From Owenia fusiformis (lineage: Eukaryota), in contig CAIIXF020000001.1 in assembly GCA_903813345.2 (NCBI GenBank), positions 40,238,001 through 40,302,000 of the forward strand: a stretch of DNA of 64,000 bases, given 5' to 3'. How positions within the stretch are numbered: position 1 is the stretch's first letter; the number at the start of each line of letters is the position of its first letter. A model generated the notes under the pieces. The model was not told the origin of the DNA. It ran no database searches and saw nothing but the letters and a program-made list of their open reading frames with translations. The position numbers and the translations under genes are program-made. This document shows positions 1 to 10,900 of this stretch, piece by piece.

Positions 1-645
1 AAATCACAGTTAATGATGTAATCAGTGGTAAATCTCGAAAACATGAATACATGAATAGAAACAAATGTACAATCTCCGAAAATTGCTCCCTCAAATTCAA
101 TCTATTAAACAGTATTTAGTAATACACTAAAAAATGTCCTTTCCGAAGAGCTTTGGACAAGTGTAGTTTCGTCATATGGTACACATATATACTATCATGA
201 TTGTCTCATATATAATCAAACATTATTAAGGACTTTGTAATGATTCAGACAGAAGGAAAAATCAACAGGATATTCAGCATTATTAAGTTTTATCGTAATT
301 GGAAAAATGATTGAACTTTTTTGCCGAAATCACGGGCCAAGTGACGAGATTGGTCTTCATAATTCATTTCTATGATAATGATTCAGATAAAAACTATTAG
401 TTATTTAGAACCATATATGTGCATGCTTTTAAACAAAAAATGTGGAACATATATTGAAACTTATATATACCCTTTATAATTGCAATTATGTGTGTGTCCT
501 TTCCGAAGAGCCAAAGTTGGGGCTTGTAATATCATCCTGATTTTTTTCAATATCGATGCAAACAGTTATCTCTGGGTCAATAAAAAATGAAAGGTAAGAC
601 ATTAAGTAAAATTATGATTCAGGAAAATGTTTTCTTCTAGCAAGT

Positions 646-1499
646 TTGAAAGTCCACTTCTATGGGACTAAAAGTGCTACCAATAGCTTGCTCAAGCCCA
701 TATGTAGAAATGATAAAACAGACATTCTTTTCTACGTCCACTCTGCTCCAAATAATTTGAATAACAGAAATATCATCCGAGCATCCTGGGGAAGTAATAA
801 ACGTTACAAGGATTATAAACTAACTTTGGTGTTCTTATTAGGAGACAGCGATGATAAAAGAATAAATAAGAGAATTCTTACTGAGAGCCGTAACCATCAC
901 GACATCATACAAGGAGCATTTAGAGACATCTATTCTCATCTGACATATAAGGCTACAATGGGGCTAAATTGGGTGAAAGCCCATTGCTCAAATACAAAGT
1001 ACATTATTAAGACAGATGACGATGTATTTGTTAACATTCCAGTTTTGATTGACAAACTTGAGGAGCTAGAAATAAAGAATATGACCAAGAACCTATTGAT
1101 GTGCAGAGTGGTGCATGAAGCTGTTGTTATTAGAGACAAAAGATATAAAAATCATGTCACAAACGAAGAATATAAAATTCATGATCCAGATATATTCCCA
1201 GATTTTTGCCCAGGATTTGCTGTTGTATATTCTCAAGATGGCTTTATGAACATACAGGAAGTGTTAGGTCATAACACGCAGTTTTACCTGTGGATGATGT
1301 TTTTGTAACGGGAATCTTAGCCAACATAGCAGGGATTAAACACACAGACAGTTCAGAGTTGACAGGGATTGCAGAAGAAGATCAGTGGAAAGAATATCTG
1401 GATTTAAACAAATCAAGATTTAATCAATTCATGTTCATTCTAGTAGAAAGAAAACCTGAGCGAATTGGTACACTTTGGAAAAAACAGCAACAACTTTGA
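646..1499 (+). CDS. beta-1,3-galactosyltransferase-like (glycosyltransferase family 31), frameshifted; possible pseudogene
   Basis: GT31 motifs in order: IIRASWG, LVFLLG, ESxxHHDIIQGxFxDxYxxLTYK, IIKTDDDVFVNI (DxD), FCPG, then DDVFVTGILA in the second ORF (1290-1499). Adding one T to the TTTT run at 1282-1285 joins the frames (QFLPVDDVFV). No in-frame ATG or transmembrane anchor upstream (stop at 607-609); candidate acceptor ttcttctag ends at 640. Confidence 0.8.
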
Positions 1500-1993
1500 T
1501 TTTGGAACAACCTGAGAGGTAGCAAAATTTGACATAGCAAAATGCTATCCATGTAAAATCAGGGTTTTTTCAACAGATTCCACATTTTGAAAGACTGTTT
1601 GAGAATTTGCACTTGAACGAAATACATAAATGTTTCATAAATATACAATATAAAGGCCAATTCCAGATACATTTGTGTGACCATTTTATCATTTAAAGAT
1701 TTTCAGGCCATGGTTAATGTTATATCATTATCACACTATTTGCAACATATTATTATTGATCTACCTTTCATTTGCATTTGATAAGGGCAGAGGTGTACTT
1801 TGTAGAGATAATGATAAATTCAGACATTATTACATTTTTGAAATCCCAAGGAGCAGAAATCTGAAACATGATAAAAATGATAGAATAAAAATGATAGAAA
1901 AAAAGAATCAAGGTTCTTGTTTTGACAACAATATTTTGTAGTAGGCACAAACAAGGGCTCAACTTGGCCATTTGTCGTCTCATTTATACTAAC

Positions 1994-4900
1994 CTGCTCC
2001 AGAACTGTGATTGGTGCATTAAAATCTTTAAAAGCGTGAATTTGTTTCCCCGATTTGATATTCCATAACTGCAGACTTCCTTGTTTACTGCCAAAGACAA
2101 CCTGAAAAGGTAATTTATTAAATAAAATTGCATTACATTGGATTCATTTGAAAAAGGAAACTTCAGTAATTCTTGGGAGTTTTTCTGATTTCATGGTTTT
2201 TCATTTGAACTTTCTGCATGTCTTTATCCTATTAAGAGATTTATATCTGCTTCAGAATTCAATATTGCTTTAGAATCATAAAATGAAAATGTGTGGCAAA
2301 GATTTGAGCATAAATTGGTGAGGTAAAGAACAAGCCTAAGTTCTCAAGGCAGCACATTACTTAACTTCTTTCAATGGATGTGCAAGTAAATAACAAATGA
2401 ACATAAATTTCAGGTTTGCAAGTATTGTTACAGTCATGAAACAATAGTTTCTACCGTACTTAGAAAAATCCCAATATCCCGACCCTCTATGAGATAAACT
2501 TACTTTATTAACATATGTACTAGGATGACAAATAGCTGTCACTTGGAATACTGTATTGCTGAATGATAACTCCAAATGGATCTCTGAAATAACATAAGAT
2601 TGTTAAAATAGCCAGGATGTAATACACTTCGATTAATGTACATGTATAAGACAAGTTTTAGCTTTGGGCTAATAGTATAAATTGCTAGACTTAAAATAGA
2701 AATATTTTGACCAAATTCTCCTACCCCGGTTTCTATTTTGATTCACTAGCATGTTATGATTTAAACAGAAGCAATTTGAAGAATAATTTTGCTTGACAAA
2801 TAGCATTATAATGATCATAATAATATATATATACCTACCTTCAGATTCTATATTCCATATAATGACACAGCTGTTGGTATCCACAGAAATGAGGTGGTCA
2901 CCAAATGGCAGCAACAACTGGACGTCTTTATCATGTTGCTTATAAGTGTGAACAAGCTGAAAGTATTTAGTCAAATTGAAAAACATGGATGCCAAGTAAT
3001 TTACCCAACAAGCCCAGCACCTAATCGTATTTTGGCACTTAGGTCTGCTTGTCTATCTGAAGAAATTCAAGTTGAACAAGTAGGAAATTTTTCTGAATTT
3101 AAATAACAAGCATTATTTGGCACCTACCCAGACCCTTGCTCGCAAGAGATTTGCTAGACGTGGAAGTCCAGCCTCTAGTGAATTTTTAATAGTGTGATGA
3201 CCCGTGATCAAAGGTGGTATACCTTTGTTTTCTGATCACTGGTCATCGTGTTAAATCCTTCTTAATATCAATGTATTATATTTAGTTTTAATTATAGCAT
3301 TTCCATGTTTTAATATCTAAAGTTACATTTTCGTTTCACATTTTTTCCTTCATAAAGTTTTGCATTGTACTTTGTGACCCTTTGACCTGTTCATTCAGTG
3401 CAGTCTATATGCTGCTGCTATAGCAGAGCTTTAGTCTGAACCAAGTGAACTCTATTCAAACTTTTTGAATAGACATTAGTCACAGTCTGGCTTTCTTAGA
3501 TAATCCCTTAGCTGTAAGAATCATCCCTTTGTTCAGTGCCTGGTCCCAGGGCCAGGTGCGGTACAATAATATGGTAATTTGGCAACTTTTAGAATATAAA
3601 CTGTCTGTTTCCTTTGGTCAAGAGGCACTTTTACACCAGACCTTGACAGGAACACTTGGTTTCTTCACATTTTTAGACATAAGCTAAAACATGTTGGATA
3701 TCATTGAACAAAGGGAACGACAGTATGGGTAAGCCACTTAATGTATTCTGGTGTGTTTTTGTAATATTGTATTTGTACTAGTATTTTTGAGTATTATTTT
3801 AATTACAATAGATTTATTAAACTTTAATCTATTTGTTTCTTAATTCATTTCATATTATACACTTTAGTGCCCTTTCATATAAATTGAACATTCACTTTAA
3901 TTTAACTATTTTAACTTCCACGCTACCATTGATTTAAATTACGCTTATTCCAATTTACTTTCCAAATTTCCACACTACCATTCATTGTTGTTGTATCTTT
4001 TTCATTTGCCCCCACATTTACTTGTCACGCTACCAATTGTTATTTGTTTACTTTTCCCCCATTAACTGACGGCCCTGATTTTGTTTTTAGTTAAACTTCC
4101 CCATTGATTGTTATTATTTAACTATTACCCCAGGGTCCTCACAAATGGTGCCTAGTGGTGGTATATAATACTTTGAAAGTGTTGACACATGCCTCAAACT
4201 TATTTTTATTTAGTGTGAACTTTTAGCTTTGTTTGTTTGTTACTAACATTACCAATTTTCAGTACAAATACATGCCCAATTACAAAACAGTCACTATGAG
4301 TATTTCCTCTGCTGCCCAACAAGCCCCATTGCCCATGTCTAGGTCATACTGTTCATTTGATGACCCTGAAATTGTCCCAGGTCATCGTGCCCTTGATGAC
4401 CAGGACATGAAATTTGCCATGGCAGACACTTTACCCTTACCAGATACTTCCAGGCACTCTGAGCGCAAAGCCCAACGTTCGATGCCTGGTGTATCGCCAA
4501 AGCCACCAAGATCTGCCTCACCTTGTGGCTATATGAAAAACTTTAAAATTGAACCCGATCAAACGCTTTTGCAAAGTCCTTCAAATTATTGCCCCCCTAT
4601 TCATTCAGGGTATAATCCTTTCTCTAAGCCTGCTTGGGAAAATTCAGCATGGAGAGAGCCTTCCCAAGCTCCTCCTTCAACGCTGACTAAGCCTGGGAGG
4701 GACTATGCAAGGGGTGAGCTTTCCCGAGGTCCCCCAAGCCCATTACATCGTGGGGAAATACATTCCAGGGGTGAGCTTTCCCGAGCTCCCCCAAGCTCAT
4801 TATACCCTGGGGAAGACAACGCCAGGGGTGAGCTCTCTAGAGCTCCCTCTAGCCAAAGGCACTCTGTCGGGGAATTTGCAAGGGGTGAGCTTTCCCGAGC

Positions 4901-7900
4901 TCCCCCAAGCCCATTACATCGTGGAGAAATACATTCCAGGGGTGAGCTTTCCCGAGCTCCCCCAAGCCAATTTTATCCTTGGGAAAACAACGCCAGGGGT
5001 GAGCTCTCTATAGCTCCTCCTAGCCAAAGGCACTCTGTTTGGGAATTTCCAAGGGGTGAGCTTTCCCGAGCTCCCCCAAGCCCATTTTACCCTTGGGAAA
5101 ACAATGCCAGTGGTGAGCTCATGAGAGCTCCTTCTATCCAAGGGCACTCTTTTGGGGAATTTGCAAGGTGTGAGCTCTTCCAAGCTCCCCCAAGCCCATT
5201 ATACCCTTGGAAAGACAACGCCAGGGGTGAGCTCTCTAGAGTTCCCCCTATGCAAAGGCACTCTGTTGGGGAATTCCCAAGGAGTGAGCTTTCCCGAGCT
5301 CCCCCAAGCCCATTGCCTCATGGGGAAACATATTCAAGGAGAGAGTTCCATGGAGCTCCTCTGCATCTTAGGCACACGGGGAGGGAACATGCAAGGGGCG
5401 AGCTCTCACGAGTTCCCCTTAGTCCATTGCATCATGGGGATAAATATCTCAGGGGTGAGCTCTCTGAAGCTCCCCTAAGCCCAAGGCACTCTTTTTGGGG
5501 AAAAATCCAGAGTGAGCTCTCCGGAGCTTCCCTCAGCCCAATGCATACTGGGAGGGAATATGCAAGGGGTGAGTTCTCTGGAGCTCCCCTATGTTCAAGA
5601 TATACTGGGAGGGAATCCGATACCATGTCATGGGTATCTGATCAACAGTCCAGATCCAGTATGAGTCCCAGATCCAGTATGAGTCCCAGATCGAAGGGGC
5701 ATCTTAAGTCTAGTCCTATGCCCTGCTATCACCATTCCCCCGTTTCTCCGCACACAAAGAGGCAGGAATCCCATAACCAAGTGCCTTCCCAATCAATTTC
5801 AATGGGGTATGAAACAGCCCATTCTGATCCATTTGAACAGATGTCTTTTGCCCCCAGGGATCCCTTGAGTAAGGTCGATTCACTATTGCAGACAAAGAAA
5901 TACAAGAAACGTTCCACTGACCTTCCCAAATGGTGTGATAATAGTTCTTCAGGAGGGAGTGAGTCAAAATTCCAAAGTCCAAAACCAGTCTACAATAAGA
6001 AACGGGAAATGAGGGCCCCCAAATTCGATGGAAAATGTAGCTTGTCAGCATTTTTGATCCAATTCCGATTAGTCTCCCAAAATAATGGTTGGGATAGTGA
6101 TGAGGCTGCGATCTATTTAGTCCGAAGTCATGATGGTGAGGCAGCCAATGTTCTCGATGATATAGAAGAAGGGGTTAACCCTGACCTTGACTCTATCATC
6201 AATGCCCTGCAGATGAATTATGAGCCTCCTCAACAAAGTGACAATGCCCGAGCCCTTTTGAAAAATAGACTCCGAGGCCCTGATGAACCCCTTGAGAAGT
6301 TAGCCCATGAGGTTAGAAAACTTGCCCGCAAGGCATATGGTGGCCTGGGTATGCCCAAGTCTGGTATTGAGAATCAAGCAATGCAGGCTTTCATTGACGC
6401 CTTAAATGATGTGGATCTTGAGGCAAAACTTTCATTCGCCAAGCCCACTTCTCTCAATCAGGCCCTTACCATGGCCCTGCAATACGAATCCTTTTTCAAA
6501 GGTCGCAAGAAACGTTTGCAAGCGACTCATGATCCTGAACTTCGAGCAACTGAGGCCCATGTCCAAAGCCCTTCATCTGAATCCCCAGTGAGTTTGATTT
6601 CCCAGTTTTCTAAGATGATGGAAAAACAAATGGAGGCTCTTCACCAATCCATTGCCCAGGCCCTGAAGGAGAAGGTTGGTGTGTTTTTGTAATATTGTAT
6701 TTGTACTAGTATTTTTGAGTATTATTTTAATTACAATAGATTTATTAAACTTTAATCTATTTGTTTCTTAATTCATTTCATATTATACACTTTAGTGCCC
6801 TTTCATATAAATTGAACATTCACTTTAATTTAACTATTTTAACTTCCACGCTACCATTGATTTAAATTACGCTTATTCCAATTTACTTTCCAAATTTCCA
6901 CACTACCATTCATTGTTGTTGTATCTTTTTCATTTGCCCCCACATTTACTTGTCACGCTACCAATTGTTATTTGTTTACTTTTCCCCCATTAACTGACGG
7001 CCCTGATTTTGTTTTTAGTTAAACTTCCCCATTGATTGTTATTATTTAACTATTACCCCAGGGTCCTCACAAATGGTGCCTAGTGGTGGTATATAATACT
7101 TTGAAAGTGTTGACACATGCCTCAAACTTATTTTTATTTAGTGTGAACTTTTAGCTTTGTTTGTTTGTTACTAACATTACCAATTTTCAGTACAAATACA
7201 TGCCCAATTACAAAACAGTCACTATGAGTATTTCCTCTGCTGCCCAACAAGCCCCATTGCCCATGTCTAGGTCATACTGTTCATTTGATGACCCTGAAAT
7301 TGTCCCAGGTCATCGTGCCCTTGATGACCAGGACATGAAATTTGCCATGGCAGACACTTTACCCTTACCAGATACTTCCAGGCACTCTGAGCGCAAAGCC
7401 CAACGTTCGATGCCTGGTGTATCGCCAAAGCCACCAAGATCTGCCTCACCTTGTGGCTATATGAAAAACTTTAAAATTGAACCCGATCAAACGCTTTTGC
7501 AAAGTCCTTCAAATTATTGCCCCCCTATTCATTCAGGGTATAATCCTTTCTCTAAGCCTGCTTGGGAAAATTCAGCATGGAGAGAGCCTTCCCAAGCTCC
7601 TCCTTCAACGCTGACTAAGCCTGGGAGGGACTATGCAAGGGGTGAGCTTTCCCGAGCTCCCCCAAGCCCATTACATCGTGGGGAAATACATTCCAGGGGT
7701 GAGCTTTCCCGAGCTCCCCCAAGCTCATTATACCCTGGGGAAGACAACGCCAGGGGTGAGCTCTCTAGAGCTCCCTCTAGCCAGAGGCACTCTGTCGGGG
7801 AATTTGCAAGGGGTGAGCTTTCCCGAGCTCCCCCAAGCCCATTACATCGTGGGGAAATACATTCCAGGGGTGAGCTTTCCCGAGCTCCCCCAAGCCAATT

Positions 7901-10900
7901 TTATCCTTGGGAAAACAACGCCAGGGGTGAGCTCTCTATAGCTCCTCCTAGCCAAAGGCACTCTGTTTGGGAATTTCCAAGGGGTGAGCTTTCCCGAGCT
8001 CCCCCAAGCCCATTTTACCCTTGGGAAAACAATGCCAGTGGTGAGCTCATGAGAGCTCCTTCTATCCAAGGGCACTCTTTTGGGGAATTTGCAAGGTGTG
8101 AGCTCTTCCAAGCTCCCCCAAGCCCATTATACCCTTGGAAAGACAACGCCAGGGGTGAGCTCTCTAGAGTTCCCCCTATGCAAAGGCACTCTGTTGGGGA
8201 ATTCCCAAGGAGTGAGCTTTCCCGAGCTCCCCCAAGCCCATTGCCTCATGGGGAAACATATTCAAGGAGAGAGTTCCATGGAGCTCCTCTGCATCTTAGG
8301 CACACGGGGAGGGAACATGCAAGGGGCGAGCTCTCACGAGTTCCCCTTAGTCCATTGCATCATGGGGATAAATATCTCAGGGGTGAGCTCTCTGAAGCTC
8401 CCCTAAGCCCAAGGCACTCTTTTTGGGGAAAAATCCAGAGTGAGCTCTCCGGAGCTTCCCTCAGCCCAATGCATACTGGGAGGGAATATGCAAGGGGTGA
8501 GTTCTCTGGAGCTCCCCTATGTTCAAGATATACTGGGAGGGAATCCGATACCATGTCATGGGTATCTGATCAACAGTCCAGATCCAGTATGAGTCCCAGA
8601 TCCAGTATGAGTCCCAGATCGAAGGGGCATCTTAAGTCTAGTCCTATGCCCTGCTATCACCATTCCCCCGTTTCTCCGCACACAAAGAGGCAGGAATCCC
8701 ATAACCAAGTGCCTTCCCAATCAATTTCAATGGGGTATGAAACAGCCCATTCTGATCCATTTGAACAGATGTCTTTTGCCCCCAGGGATCCCTTGAGTAA
8801 GGTCGATTCACTATTGCAGACAAAGAAATACAAGAAACGTTCCACTGACCTTCCCAAATGGTGTGATAATAGTTCTTCAGGAGGGAGTGAGTCAAAATTC
8901 CAAAGTCCAAAACCAGTCTACAATAAGAAACGGGAAATGAGGGCCCCCAAATTCGATGGAAAATGTAGCTTGTCAGCATTTTTGATCCAATTCCGATTAG
9001 TCTCCCAAAATAATGGTTGGGATAGTGATGAGGCTGCGATCTATTTAGTCCGAAGTCATGATGGTGAGGCAGCCAATGTTCTCGATGATATAGAAGAAGG
9101 GGTTAACCCTGACCTTGACTCTATCATCAATGCCCTGCAGATGAATTATGAGCCTCCTCAACAAAGTGACAATGCCCGAGCCCTTTTGAAAAATAGACTC
9201 CGAGGCCCTGATGAACCCCTTGAGAAGTTAGCCCATGAGGTTAGAAAACTTGCCCGCAAGGCATATGGTGGCCTGGGTATGCCCAAGTCTGGTATTGAGA
9301 ATCAAGCAATGCAGGCTTTCATTGACGCCTTAAATGATGTGGATCTTGAGGCAAAACTTTCATTCGCCAAGCCCACTTCTCTCAATCAGGCCCTTACCAT
9401 GGCCCTGCAATACGAATCCTTTTTCAAAGGTCGCAAGAAACGTTTGCAAGCGACTCATGATCCTGAACTTCGAGCAACTGAGGCCCATGTCCAAAGCCCT
9501 TCATCTGAATCCCCAGTGAGTTTGATTTCCCAGTTTTCTAAGATGATGGAAAAACAAATGGAGGCTCTTCACCAATCCATTGCCCAGGCCCTGAAGGAGA
9601 AGGTTGACCGACGGCCCACGTCCAAGCCCACACGTGCCCAGTATTGTAAACTATGTGATACTCGGGAGCACAGCATATTTGATTGTCTTCACAGACATCC
9701 AAATTCCAAGGTCACTGGAGCCCGAGTTTGCTTCAAATGTGGTGTTGATGGCCATGTGATGTATGACTGCCCTGCCCTGAAGGCCCATTCCCCAACTTAT
9801 TCGGGAAACTAGAATGTGCTGAGTCGGTGGGCCTCGATTCAGCATCCCAGCCACAAAGGCCCGCCAGTTTTAAAATCCAAAGTGGCTACAATTGCCCCCA
9901 GCCTGTGACGTTATATAAAAGTATGCCCATTGCATCTGGTGAGCAGATCCATGACCTTTTGCCCCCTGCCCGAGAGGATTTGTCAAAGAAACAGTGTGAA
10001 GTTGATTCTATTCCCCCATGTCCAAACCCTTGTAAAACCCTTGAGGCTGATGTTCCCCTGACTGATAGCAGCGATGATTTTGTTGATATAATGGTCGCCA
10101 AACACTTGAATGAGTTGCAGAAAGCAACTCCGTTGACTCTTGACCAGGTTGACCCTGTTATTTGCCCTGAACTGCTATTTAGGGACCCTGTTGTCCCCAG
10201 TCGTTTATCTTGTCCTGTAGAGGAGGACCGTGACCCGATTTGCCTCAGTGTTATTGCTGAAGGGAGTGATTTGCTTCCTGAACATGGGAAAGTTGACTGT
10301 TTGTCATTTGAAAATGTTACTAATTTAAACTGTTTCCCTGACCATGAACTTGACCCCGGAGATGCCAAACCCATCAAGAAGCCTCCAGCTCCCCCTATTG
10401 TCCTTGTTCCCAAGTGTTGACTGCCATAATTGTGACCCCTAGGTTGCACTTGGATATATACTCCCTCTCAGCAGCCCAACTGATGAGCTCGAGGAACCCA
10501 AGGAAAGCCTGTTATAAATCATCTCAGCATTGACATTGATGTGACAATGACCCCATCTGTTTGAATTGTTAGTCCTGGAACCGTGTAATCTGATTATTGT
10601 CCCGATATGCCTTGGTCTACAGGCACTTCTGACCCTTTTGAAATGAACATGACCCAACTGTGAAAATGGATAGCTGGTTTTGTATTTGGCCCTGTTGTGT
10701 GCCCAAAACTGCCAGTTTTGATACCCAGGAAGCTTTAGTCCCCAGTCATTTGTCCATCAATTTGAGGAACTTGACCCTGATTTGCGCCAACATTGTTCTG
10801 GGAGAAATTTAAATGAATTTGCCCCCTGACCCTTGGAAAGTTGGAAAACTACTCGCTACCTGGTTACTGAAATTGATTCCTGAGGTGGATCGAATTGTTG

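Noticed and set aside
4707..5618. CRISPR-like look (palindromic repeat plus variable spacer)
   Set aside because: The spacers are related to each other and recur, the array is in frame within gag, the DNA is eukaryotic and there are no cas genes.
4272..9812. Domesticated gag-derived host gene pair
   Set aside because: Flanked by near-identical LTRs, TSD, PBS-like site and PPT, so it is a recent insertion.
9886..10449. 187-aa antisense ORF
   Set aside because: Shadow of ORF2 with no motif or independent support.
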